The notes under the pieces: model-generated
What the model was told of the DNA's origin: nothing
The model's database searches: none
Seen by the model: only the letters and a program-made list of their open reading frames with translations
In this document: one piece after another, positions 49,501-62,102 of the stretch
Layout of the letters: each line of letters starts with the position of its first letter
Numbering within the stretch: position 1 is the first letter of the stretch
Program-made: the position numbers and the translations under genes
Assembly: GCF_964204645.1 (NCBI RefSeq)
Contig: NC_134031.1
Span: 1,302,001-1,366,000, forward strand
DNA: 64,000 bases
From: Tubulanus polymorphus
Taxonomy: Eukaryota > Animalia > Nemertea
Direction of reading: 5' to 3'

Positions 49501-52500
49501 CAGCCCTCACTGAGGATATCTTATAATTCAATCAGAGAATTTTTGGTCAGGGAAAATGAAGGAAATATCAGAGAATTTAAGATTCCTCGCTTTGTAAGAA
49601 TAAATCAGGGATTCAATGATGAAATGAATGTTGTAATTTCAGCATTATTCAGCAGTGATGAAATATATCAATCAAGGACCGTTGTTAGTCGACGTTCACA
49701 TGCATCGACCTACGATGAATTCACGTCATTTTATGGACGCTTTACTCGCGTTCTGGCCCGGGCTACAAGTTCTAAAAGGAGATCTGAAACCGGCGATCGA
49801 AATTCACGAAATGCTCTTTCAAATCACGCAACGCCACAATTTTCTACCAGAGGTAAGAAATTCCTTATTCAATTATCCTTCTATATAAATATAGTTCTCA
49901 ATTAGCTTTCAGTTAAACTAGTTCATTTCCGACGTTTTAAATCTTCCCCGATGAGTCAAATTTTAACCTAAAACTTTAGTTTCTGATCCTGCCTCGCAGC
50001 TAAATGAGTTGTATCTATGTTCTAGGCTTTTACAACAGATTTTCGTATTCACTGGGCTCATCATCCACTGCGTCCTGAATTTATTGAATCAACATATTTC
50101 TTGTATAAGGTACGTTTGAGTGTATGACCGTGTCTGTATGAGGTGTGGGGTTAATTTTAGATGTAAATGTAAAAGGTTTTATGAATGATCATTGTGAGTG
50201 TTTTTTGTTTGTTTTGAATTTGCAGGCGACAGGAGACAACTATTATTTGAACGTAGGTAAAACAGTAATTGAGAATCTGAACGCGTACGCACGTGTCGAC
50301 TGTGGATTCGCCGCTATCAAAGATGTTTCCACTTTACAGCGTGAAGATCAGTAAGTACATGTACTTGTATTCAACATCAATTTACCATCACACTTATTTT
50401 CTAAAGAGAAATGATGATTGATGAATCATTCCGCATGCAATGATGATACCGAATTACAAAGTTTATGTATTTGACAATTTCGAAATTTTCATCTAAATCC
50501 CATCTACAGTGTTTACTGTTTCGGTGAAGATAAAAATTGAGAAACTGTCAGATGAATAAACTTTGAAATATCAACATTGTGGGATTGTTCGTTATCTTCA
50601 TCATTGAGAATGATGCATCTATGAATCTGACATCAATAAAAGATAAATTCTGTGCGTTTATTTTGTATAGAATGGATTCGTACGTGATGGCTGAAACGTT
50701 TAAATATCTGTATCTACTGTTCACAGAGAAAGAGGATTTATTTATAAATGTTGATGATTACGTTTTCACGACCGAAGCTCATTTATTACCTCTGACACTC
50801 GCCATACACAACTTTACCTCCAATTATACGGTAAGATTTCCATATTCACAATGAGTCAAACCCTCGAAATTTTCTATTCATCTACCGGTACCTGGTAGTT
50901 GATTTAACTGCTGCTACATTATTAGGGTGGTTACTTATTTTTCAGGGCCCAATTATATGATGAATTCTTACCAAAGTTTATCATGAACGTGTTCAAAATT
51001 AGATCACAGTAATTTCTACCGGTAGTTCATTTTCAATTAGACCACTATTTTTGATAACTGCTCCCAAAAAGAGATTAATGATCTGATTTCAAGTCAATTC
51101 TGATTTATGGTAGTTCAGATATGTGCGATTATCCACCTAAAAGGCATTGATCCTAACTGGCAGATCATGATTGACTCGACCCTGTTAAACTCTACGTGTT
51201 GAAGTCTATATGATTGTCTGTTTTATTTGAAGGATGGAGAAGATGATCAAAGTATTCACGGTCGTTCGTGTCCCGTGACGACTACTGACTTCCCGAACAA
51301 TCTGAACTTTGCTCAAACTATTCGATCGCCGTTGAAGAATTTTGTTGAAAATGTCTGCCCAAAAGCGAGATCGTAAGTACTGGCTGTGAAACTCAAATAC
51401 ATGTTCATCAAACACCATTAAACTACAACGCTCAGTTCCACAGTTCAGGATCCAGTTATACAGTTGTGGATCCAGGCCCATAGTTGTGGATCCAGTTCCA
51501 CAGTTCTGGATCCAGTTCTACAGTTGTGGATCCAGGCCCACAGTTGTGGATCCAGTTCTACAGTTCCAGGATCCAGAACTCCACTGTATGAGTTCACATT
51601 CATTATTGTAACCTAAGAGTTGAATATTAAGCCTGAGAACTGTGAAACTGGATCGAGTTAGAAAGAACAGATGTACCCGGTCAGGTTCGAGAGGAGAGTT
51701 GATCTGGTCAGGATGAGGGGGACGTGTAAACCTCAACTGCCGCAGTAGCAAGGATTGAATTACAGATTTCGTTGATATATTGATTTACAGAAATGAGCCG
51801 TATGAATCTTACATACATCATTCAGAGGACTCACGTTTTACGGTTAAAACATTCAGTGAATATACTCCACAACCACCACCTCAACAACAACAACGACAGC
51901 AACAACAACAACCAAACTCTGAAGAATTAAAGTAATTAACAAAACACATATACATACACCTAACCCTTCTAGTAAATAGATACACGTTACATGTAGAGAC
52001 AAGGGTTACGTTGTACATGAACATGTGAGTAACATGTACATGTCAGGTTTTTAGTCACATTGTGAACCAGATTGTACACCTAGTATTTGTTAATGGTGCA
52101 GTAGGGAAGTGATAGGAGGTAGTAGAGATGTGTTTGGTGGAGGGAGGCAGAGAGGTTTTTGGTTGAGGGAGGTAGAGATGTGTTTGGTGGAGGGAGGCAG
52201 AGAGGTTTTTGGTTGAGGGAGGTAGAGATGTGTTTGGTGGAGGGAGGTAGAGAGGTTTTTGGTGGAGGGAGGTAGAGATGTATTTGGTGGAGGGAGGCAG
52301 AGAGGTATTTGGTTGAAGGAGGTAGAGAGGTGTTTATATTTGGTGAAGGGACCTCTCCTCATGCACAGCGTCTATAGATATGAACACATCATATTTTAAA
52401 CCATGTACGATTTTTGCACACTATTTTCAGTATACGGAAGGTAACGTTACGATTATTACAGATATTCAACAAATATCACTTGCATACAACGCATTATACA

Positions 52501-55500
52501 GAGAACATGAATCAAATTCATTTCATAAATATATTCATTTCTCTATTATTCAGTAATAGCCAGGTGCATGTATAAATCATTATACCGTAGACTCATAAAC
52601 AAGTGTCATGAATTTGAGGATAATTTGAATTTCAAATTATTGATGTTGATTTTATTATGGTTTAATACGAAGGTCATGCGGTGTATTATTGATCGAAGTA
52701 TGATATATATTTGATATAATTAATTTTAGCCCGCGCCCAAAACGAATGAGAGCCCACGATTTCATCGCTGGAAATAAGGAACAACTGGAGTTGCTTCGTA
52801 AAATGGGAATTCGATTGGCGACGATGCCGGACGGAAGAGTTCAACTGATACACACCGCATCAGAGGTAAAAACCTTCAATCTAAAAAAGACTTCTTTATT
52901 CGATTTTTTAAACTGTAATGAATGATGAATCGTTGTTGTTTGATTCAGGCTGCGACACCTGAAGATGCCGAAGATGGAATGGCTTTCATGCAAGAAATGA
53001 TCGAGTTGTCAAAAATGCAGCCAGCAACTCCAGGTCAGCATTTAATTACTGTCTATACCAGCCAGCCGGTTTTATAGGCTAATCTAAGAGTTTATTCAAT
53101 TGACTTAGAATCCTGTGTGTTAAAGTTAAAACTATTTCATAAAACTAGCCCCTGTAAAATCTTCTACAGTGTTTTCAATAAGAAATTAACAAGCCAGGTC
53201 CCTTTGAAAAACAGCAGGGTCCCATAATATATCACAGTCCCTGAAACGAAAGCTGATTTGAAAAAACAGGCGGGTCCTTTACAAACGACAGACGGGTCTG
53301 GGACCTGGGACCTGGCTCTTTTTGAAAACACTGTTCTATGAATTGTTTGTCTATTTGAATTTGAACGTTGTTATAAATATTGTATTTATTAGAAGCGAAT
53401 GAACCGAGGATAGTTCAACTGATTTCACAGCCGTATTTCGGAGCGATAGTTTTACAAGCGGGTCCGGCGCAATTCGGATACGAGCTCAAGAATGGATTGG
53501 GTGTAAGTTGAGAAATCGCAAAATATATTTCTTAATAGCTGCCTCTCCCAACAGAGGAAAAATGATATGAGTGATATTTGGTCGAAGAATAATGAGATAT
53601 GTCTTACAACTTAGATAATAAGATTAAAAGCCACTGTTCAGTCAACCCCGACATACCGCCCTCCCATTTACCCCCACCCCCACCTGGTGGTATATCCGGG
53701 GTTGACTGTATATAAATTTGAAAAATTGAAAACGAAATTTATTTATCAAGAATTAACAGCAAAATCTAAATGAGACAATGTTTTGGTTTCTCTAGAGACT
53801 ATCGTCAGGCGTGTCATTGTGTCAGTAGGCTCTCCCATGACTTGTTTTATTATGTTATTGACAGGTTGAAGCTCAGATAATCGTCGCTGATCCGTACAAC
53901 GCCTGTGATAAACTCGCTAACGTTAATCAGGTGTTCGGTAAAATAGTCGTAGTCGAACGAGGGTCGTGTTTATTTGTGGATAAAGCGAGGAGGATTCAAG
54001 CTGCTGGTGGTGTAGCTGGAGTTGTTATAGGTCAGTTTACTCTTGAGAGCAGTATATATCTAGAACAGGGTGGAAATCGAGGAAAAGTCAGGAGATTTTC
54101 TACATATTCAGGATTAAGTAGTCAGAGGGTTTTGTAGAAAAGCTAAAAATTGGGGATAAGTCTGGGAAATTTGTTTAGATTGATAGATCGTGCGTAAATC
54201 AAACAGTTTCCATCTATGTCTTACGTATTTGACTGTGTTAATTGATTGGATTCTTAGCAGATTAAGTCATGGAAAACAACTTGTGCATGTCAGGGAATAG
54301 TCGGGGAAACGTTAGGGGAAAAGCAAGTCAAATAAAAGTGACTTGGGCCCAGTTTCACAAAAAAGTTAAACTCAAATTTTTGGTGTACCGGTAATTGCCA
54401 TTGGTTACTTCATGTTTTCAATGAGGACAACAATTCAAACTTAACCATTTTAGGCTTAAATTTTTTCGTGAAACCGGCCCCAGAACTCTGTAGAAGCCTG
54501 AGATAATGTTGCACGTATCACGGGTTGCTTTTCATGTTGTTATTACAGATAATAACAAAGGAACCAGTAGTTCTACGTCTCTTTACTTTGCGATGTCTGG
54601 CGATGGTAAAATGGACGTTACTATTCCGATGGTTTTCCTGTTTGAGTTGGACGGAGCTCAGCTTCTCGAAGCGATCAGTTCATATCCGAATCTCCAAGTG
54701 CGAGTAGCTTTCAAAGCCAAAGAACAAGGTACTGAATGTACGAAAAATAGAGGCCCAAGTTTCCGTTTTGTAATTCATACTCGGATTATAACTATTTCTT
54801 GTTATTTCAGAATTAGTCATGACAAATCTTCTACAAAAATCTGATAATCAGAGACGAGTATCCGAAAGTTCTTCCAGTCGAGCCGAACAGGTCGATTCAG
54901 TCGATTCAGCCGATGATGCGGGTATTAAGTCGACGACTAGCGTTTCGTCACAAACCGAACAAACCGTCAGTAAAGACGGTTCGCTGATCGAAAGTCGAAC
55001 GACGATCAGCGTTAATAATATGAAAATTAAACTGCGAGGAATCAATCGATTGAAATGGAAAGAATCGACGTCGTTGAGAGAACCGTCCGTCGAAGTGATT
55101 CGTGAAAACGGCAACGGTATTCACAACGCGTTCTTCAATATCGGACACCTTCGCGAGAAACACGGCAATAAACTCGATTTTAACACTTTCGCCGATGAAT
55201 TGTTGAATTTGTTGCAGACGTCCGTCGATGAATTGAACGATCGACCGGAAACTTTAAAATCGATTCGGGTAATGTTAGAAAACGCGCATAATCTCGGACA
55301 GTTAGGTTTAGACGGTCGAGAACCGTCGCTGACCGACGAGGTGGAAGAAGCGCCGCCTAGTGGCGTGGAGCAGCAGCACTACGCGACGGAGAAAGAGTTG
55401 CACGAAGATCAGGAAGTTCGACCGTCCGACGGCGGTCCGTGGATACGCGAGAGTCCCGATAAAATGAACTTACAACGCGGGGATTTTATGCTGCAAGATG

Positions 55501-55862
55501 GAGTCGTATATGTTCCTAAAGACTCGCATTCCGTGGATCAGAATCCGTCTGCTGAATCGACGCAGCAGAATCCATCTGCTGAATCGACGCAGCAGAATCC
55601 GTCTGCTGAATCAACGCAGCAGACTCCGTCTGTTGAATCGACGCAGCAGAATCCGTCTGCTGAATCGACGCAGCAGAATCCGTCATCGAAACAGACTAGT
55701 CATAGTTCTCATAGCGATAGTATATTAGAAGCTAGCGATAGGACTCATTTACAGCAAACTACTGAACACACTTCCAGCCAAACTAGTGACTCATCCAAGC
55801 CCAGTATACCAGCTGCTTCGGACAGTGAACCTGATCATGATAGAAACAAAGATGAACTTTGA
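46540..55862 (+). CDS. EDEM3: ER degradation-enhancing alpha-mannosidase-like protein 3 (GH47 + PA domain + KDEL), multi-exon
   Basis: Signal peptide; [80 protein letters not shown]; PA domain ([17 protein letters not shown]); ends KDEL*. Confidence 0.95.
48976..49197. mobile_element. MITE with GGCTAAAAAAAATTGATACCTTGTTTCTCCGC TIRs (Zator-like)
   Basis: Inverted ends; related partial copies at ~30010-30195 and ~33060-33236. Confidence 0.7.
51430..51575 (+). repeat. Minisatellite CACAGTTGTGGATCCAGTTC, EDEM3 intron
   Basis: ~21-bp period; the unit resembles the CCAGTTCCACAGTT TIR of the local Harbinger-like MITE family. Confidence 0.8.
52115..52335 (+). repeat. G-rich ~25-bp minisatellite (GGAGGGAGGTAGAGATGTGTTTGGT), EDEM3 intron
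   Basis: About 8 degenerate copies. Confidence 0.9.
55539..55685 (+). repeat. Coding 27-bp repeat (QQNPSAEST) x5-6 in the EDEM3 last exon
   Basis: Visible in DNA and protein upstream of KDEL. Confidence 0.9.
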
Positions 55863-58252
55863 GTTGAATGATAAACATATCCGACAAGAATAAAACTATC
55901 GTACTTAATCAGAGTCACATTAACCCGGGCCCAGTTGCACAGACAATTCGTTCCCCTCCGTACTTAGGTCTGAAAGTGGTCTCATATCTAATCATGAGTT
56001 GTTAGATTAGCTATTGAACTTATGGTCTTAAATGTCAGGCTTCACTGTGCAACTGGTCCCAGGGTTTAAATATCAGGATACTGGTTAACATATTATGAAG
56101 TAATTAGTTCAATAATTTCATGGCCTTGATCTCGAAAATATTTACAAATCAAATCTGAAATTAATGATGTTAAGTCTCTAGAATTAAAGCCAGTATCACT
56201 CAGTTGCTTATTAAGTAAATACGATATGTTTGTTTATAGACAATGTGCTTTAGATTGCTGTCTTGATTACGAAGGCCGAACGGCAACGTCACAGCTCACT
56301 ATTTGACTTGTAGCAAATTTTGAAAATTATTTTAGTAATCATTTATTGATATCAATCGTAAAGCCAGTATTAATTACGTATATACATGGCAGGAGGGCTA
56401 CACGGTAGCAGTGTCAGTCTAGTTTCCCAGATATTACAGCCGTCTTCTCAAGTGAAAAATGAAATTAAGAACTCTGAGTCCAGTTGCATAAGCCAAAAGT
56501 GGTCTTAAATCTTAAGTTTTTGATTGGCTTTGGTCTTAGGCTGGTCTTAGATGTAAGCCATGACTTAGCAACTGATCCCTGATCTACTAAGGCTTACCTG
56601 TAGCTCAATTTGGTATTTTGTTCTTTTTTTTTGTAAATCACAAATTTGCTCAAGGAATTGATAACTAGTGTTAGTTGTAGCAGATCGCTGTCTCGTACTC
56701 TGACAGTTTTCGATTTGCTGTGTTATTTCGTGTTCGTGCAGTCATTACTCGTCAGTGAAATATACTTCGGTTTTAATCTGTGATATTAAGAAAATAATTT
56801 ATTATCTTAGATTATATTGTGTAAAATCTGCACTTTATCAAAAACTAGATACCTTATCTATAAGGAATAGACCAACAACAATCTCCTGTTTCTATGGTTT
56901 TGGTTGTTTCAACGCGGACAAACGACAATCTCCTGTTTGTACGGTTTTTGTTTGTTCTGAATCTAGGAACAGTTCCACAGCTGATAATTAATTCCTTGAA
57001 GCTTTTACTGAAAATGTTATAATTTCAATTCAAAATTGGAATTAATCAGAAACTGTGAAACTGTGAAACTCTTAACAAGGGCGGATTGAGGGTTATTTTT
57101 AGGGGGTTTATATGCAAGGCACCTTTTTGCGAGGACGGAAGGTGCAAAGCCAAGTATTGGCATCCTTTCACAGGAAATTTTGGTCTCCTCTTAAGTCATT
57201 TCTAGGCATTCTAAACAAAAGTGTGATTACTTTCTTTCTAAAATGGGCTTATAAATTGTTGGGGGCATCTCAGAATCCGCCCTTGCTTAACGTTCTAGAA
57301 ATACTATGCGTAATTGTTTCCTGTGATGATAGTTTGGGGAGGGTTCGATGTTATTTGTAAATATTCTATGTTGAGTGGTTTTACTGTAAATCATGGGAAA
57401 TAATTTATTTCCATCGTGTTGTAAATAGTTTACATATCGTAATGTATGTCTTAATATTTTTGTGAATATTCAGGGATTTGGGATAAACGGATTTTTTCGG
57501 GATCTGAAAAATATAATTTTTTAAATGCCCCAGTCTGAATACCAGACGACAATTACAGGTTGCAGGGATCATCAGATGTGGTCATTAACTTCATCAATGA
57601 ATTTTCTTGCAGCAGGTTATGACTCATAAATGTATTTGATATGTCTATCATGGTTCTTGCATGTGAATACCTGTAATGTATGTTTTATGGTCAAAACACG
57701 ACACCAATTTCTTCCAGAGCAGAATGACCAACGCTCGCCACCTGGAGATACATGTATTAAATCCCTATATCACGTCACATTTATTATGCAAATAAAAAAA
57801 TTCTTTTTTCAATAAATCTATGTTTGAATGAGATAAGTGCTATTTAACTTTGTCAGCAGGTTATGGGAGCTCGTTTGAAAACTGGATTTTAGGAAAAGCG
57901 AGAAAACGAGTTCAACTTTTAAGGAACAACGATGAATTTTCGCGAAAAAATTAATAAAATAAATTTATTCTAAAATATTATAAAAGCGTGAACAAAAATG
58001 ACGACATTACTTCATAGTAAAATGACATAACTCATGATTTTACAGCGTACAATGAGACATACATACAATCAGAGCTGTACCTGGTACCTACTACAATTTC
58101 CTCTAAAACCAAACCGTTTCATATGTGTTTTCACATCATAATTTATACATAATTCGTAAATTACCTAATGCAAACTTAAATCCTTGAAAAAATGTAGAAA
58201 AAGAGATTCAACTTTTTCAGTAAAAAAAAGAATTAAAAAATGTAAATGTTTT

Positions 58253-61200
58253 TCAAGCCCAGTTTTCCTCAGTAGTCCGTGAAATATTATTCGAGTTTTC
58301 TACGACATCAATTTCATCTTCAACTGAACTCTCTATGGATGGGTATAAAGGATAGATGACGTTCTTTCCATCGGAACTGATCGAAAATCCAGCCTCCTCG
58401 AGAACTTCCCTGAAACAAATGAAAATGCACCAGTGACAGTAGAGTCAGTTAGAATAGAAAATAAAGCAGTTAACTACGAAGTCAGATGTTTTGGGACTGG
58501 AATATCTATAACGTGGAGCAGTGTGTGGCCGAGTGGTTAGAGCGTTTGGCTCTGGAAAGCCAGGTCGTGGGTTCGAACCCTGTACATTACCATAGTGTCC
58601 CCGGGCAAGACACTTATCCTCATTGCCTCTCTCCATCCAGGAGTTAGTGGGTACCTGGTCTGATAGATGACTCCTGAGCGCTTGTTAGCAGCTCGGTGTT
58701 ACTTCTCCCCAAAGAGAGATGACTGATACATGTTAGAGTATAAAATGGCCCGGATAATAATACCGAAAAATGTAAAGCTTTACATAAAACACATATTATT
58801 ATTATTATCATTACCAACTTTAAGAAATTTGATTTTCCTCTGACTAAAGCGTTTATCCGACTTATTCATAGTTCAATGAATCTAAAAACTGAGGGATACA
58901 AGTCTATTATCAGTGATAACTGGTTGTTGTGAGATCTACCTGAGTTTGTGAGTTGAATTATCAGTTAACTTGTGTAACTGATGTGATTGGCCCAACATTT
59001 CCTCGAGTCGAATGTGTACGTGTCCGTTCGTATCCTCTTCCAAAAACGGGGCTCGGGAAAGTGAAGTCAGCGTGTACTGAGCTTCATTCAGAATCTTCTT
59101 ATCGATGCTTATACTGTTAGTTTCACGATGAGGGAAATAACAATTTATAATCTGCAAATTTCAAAAATTTATAATTCAAATTCAAAATCAACATCGGAAT
59201 ATTAGACACCAGGACCCGGAGTTGTCGGTTTAGTTAAAATGAGTTCTTTTCGAATATTTTAACTGGAATTGGATCCAGTTATAGCAGCAGCTTCACTAAC
59301 CTGTGTGTATGGATGTACGTCTTCATTCTCCTCAATGACGCAATCATTCTTGCGAGTAAATATTGCCATCTGCGAACAAAAACCGACATCTTTCCTATCG
59401 TCGGGCGGGGCACCTATTCCACCATACTCAACAGCATAGTTGTAACTCACAGCTACATTTTGACACCTGCAAATGAAAGGGTTTCATTAAGAAACATTTC
59501 TGGTAGTTTTTGAGGTAAAAAGCACTACTAGCATCGCAACACATTACTGGTAATTCAAAGACCATTTATCAGACAGCTTCTAAATTTATCTAATCCCATC
59601 TTCACAGAAACAGTAATGGAATATTACTATTTTTCAGAAGAATTCTCTGTATAGGTAAATCTTTAAAATGTCATCATTGTGCGATTATTCAACATCAGTT
59701 TTGATCCACCACAACTCACCACTCTTCGAACTGATTCCTAGTCCATTCGAACTTGTGATCCCAGTGTCTCATTCCCGAGAAATTCTCGAATAAAACGTTA
59801 TATTCGCAATTCGGTGTAGTTATCACGACGGTCTTCGGTTTCAGTTTACCGAATAAACATTCGGGAAGAGCTTCGAGGACATCCGGTTCTAAATGTTCAA
59901 TGCTGCAATGAAGAGAATATATACAAAAAACCCGTCTGAACAGCACTTAAAATTAAATTGATCTGTTGCATGAGAAATATCATATTGAACATGTATTTTA
60001 GTATAGGTAAAACTGTAAATGAAATCCTGATTTAATATATGAAAATCTGGAGGAAACCCATACTGAAGGTCCAATTTTACAAAATGGTTTAAATCCGTTA
60101 ATCAATTTACGACACATTGAAGTAATTAGATTGATTTAAAATGGCAGATTAAGTTGACTAACATTACTAGGAAAGACTTTGAAAACAGCGATGAATCTTA
60201 CAGTTCAATAAGAGTTGCAGCGTCGACAGTTTTCAGCGCTGAATCGTAATCAGTAACACTTCCGTGATATAAACTCATCTGTAACGGGTGATTACGAACG
60301 TCGATGTAATCAGCGATAATCGGACGACACACGTATTTACGCGATTCTAATAACTCTTTCTGAACGTCGACGCCGATAATCTGTTCGAAGTTACCGCGAA
60401 ATTTCATCTGTTGGATGAATTTACATTCGGCGCAACCGAAATCAACCACCTGAAAATCATTCAAATAGAAACAACGTTCATTTCATCAACGCTTTTTAAG
60501 TTCTAAATTATTGTTACGATAAGCTTAATCAAATACATGTCGAAAAACTGATAACTATTGATGAAACACACTGAGATCCCACAATGTAAAATAGAGTCAT
60601 AGTGTTATTCTGGAATCTTAAATGGCTGCATTATGATATCGTGGCTGCCTGAAGTAGCAAGGCTTTCAATCCCTCCAAAAAATACAGAATGAGTGCTAAT
60701 CTGTCCAATTTCTTTTTCCTTCCAATTTTGCTTTGCTATAGATTTATTTAATATGTAACTGATTTTACGTTGTATATTTCCCCTTGTATTATCTATACAT
60801 ATTTCATAGTTTTGTTATAAGTATTCCTGAAGACGACTATTAATCGAAACATTTAGTTAGTAAAATACTAGCTAAAGGAAACATTTAGGATTCTATTTAT
60901 TCTTAGTGTGGGATTCTTTTTTATAATAAGGAAACTGATTACTACAATAGGTAGGGCCACAGTGACGTGACAAAAAAAATTTTTGACCCCAATACCCTAT
61001 AGGAACTATATATAAAAAAAAGTATAAATGTATACTGGGGTCAAAAAATTTTTTTGTCAGGTCCCTCTTAGTGTGGGATCAGTAGATACTGATGATACCT
61101 TCTTGCAATGTTTTTCTAACAGAATGTCAAGTACAACGTTGTATCTTTGTATGTACAACGGAGGATTAAACAGCTTCGAGTCTTCATCATGTGATGAATC

Positions 61201-61713
61201 ATTTTTGTCATCGACGCAAGACATTTGTTTCTTCTTCTCTGAAAAAGATTAGTGAGTTTGAGGTAAATTCATGCAGTATCCTACATAGAGCACCTCCCAA
61301 AATTGGCCGCCTCTATAGCTCGGTTGGTTGAGACATGGAGCTGTGACAAGTGTGACAAGTGGGTTCGAGTCCTGCTAGGTGCTTACCGTGTGCAGGCAGT
61401 TTAAATGACCAGTCCAAACAGTCTCGGGAAAACAAGCAAAGAAGATGCAAGACAAAACAAACATTTTTAGCTCTTATTTAGAATTCACAATTTAACCACA
61501 TCCAAGAAAGTTATGACAATAGCTGGATGAAAGAAGAGGGACCAAGAGATGAACACTATAGTTATGCGATGCAATAAAATGGGGTGGTGGGTCGGATATG
61601 GATGCGCGTGGGAAGGAGTTTGTCCAACCTGCTGATGATGTAACATCGTTGACAAAACGTGACGAATCTTCCCACTGCTCGTGACGATCATCCTCATCAA
61701 CCGGATTATTCAT
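58253..61713 (-). CDS. HENMT1: Small RNA 2'-O-methyltransferase HEN1 (piRNA/siRNA 3' methylase), multi-exon
   Basis: FNPPLYIQRY, VVDFGCAEC, IIGVDV, ELIEHL, ITTPNCEYN, RHWDHKFEWTRNQFEEW, GFCSQMAIF; last exon ends EENWA*. A first exon 61713-61629 splices in frame, otherwise the start is ATG 61224. Confidence 0.93.
58516..58810 (+). mobile_element. tRNA-derived SINE in a HENMT1 intron
   Basis: A box TGGCCGAGTGG, B box GGTTCGAACCC, central GTGTCCCCGGGCAAGACACTT..CCATCCAGGAGTTAGTGGGTACC segment, (TAT)n tail. Confidence 0.85.
60827..60852 (+). ncRNA. Degenerate hammerhead motif in a Penelope pLTR-like remnant
   Basis: CUGAAGA-C-GACU-AUU-AAUC-GAAAC with one stem II mismatch, followed ~55 nt later by the GTGGGATT end motif shared with the other pLTR copies. 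Confidence 0.4.
60955..61068. mobile_element. Palindromic MITE in a HENMT1 intron
   Basis: TGACAAAAAAAATTTTTGACCCCA ... TGGGGTCAAAAAATTTTTTTGTCA inverted arms. Confidence 0.65.
61306..61382 (+). mobile_element. tRNA-like SINE head (not a functional tRNA)
   Basis: TAGCTCGGTTGG A box and GGTTCGAGTCC B box; anticodon region disrupted by a TGTGACAAG duplication. Confidence 0.55.
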
Positions 61714-61785
61714 CACTGGTCGCTGTGAGGTGTCATCGCTTTCATACGGAAGATATCAGGCATCGTTTTACGATGCGAAACAAAC

Positions 61786-61807
61786 CCGGAAGTAAAATCC
61801 GGAAGTC
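61786..61807 (+). promoter_or_regulatory. Tandem ETS/GABP-type sites in the HENMT1/GCLM bidirectional promoter
   Basis: CCGGAAGT twice, 13 bp apart, between divergent start codons ~390 bp apart. Confidence 0.6.
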
Positions 61808-62102
61808 TACATGGGCGATTGTACTGTTCCTGAGTAGGGGTGGTAGCATTAATATGGAAATCAGAAAATTCAAAATCACACAGAATTTACAAGAAGTTTT
61901 GAAAAGCTATTGAAAACCAATTAAATTTTTTGATACATTGATCCGTACCGTGGACATTTCAAACGTAAAAGACAATTATTCAGAAATCTGTTTTACCGCT
62001 AAATACCTCCTCTTCCCGCACGTTGGACGAGTCGATTATTGGTGATTGTCAAGGAATAGTGTTTGTTGACATTTCAGAGTTTGCCGCAAATAATAAATAA
62101 AA

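Noticed and set aside
58516-58590. Possible tRNA gene
   Set aside because: No acceptor stem; continues into a SINE body and (TAT)n tail.
58253-61713. Functional link between HENMT1 and the nearby hairpin locus
   Set aside because: 15 kb apart with EDEM3 in between; proximity alone is not evidence in a eukaryote.
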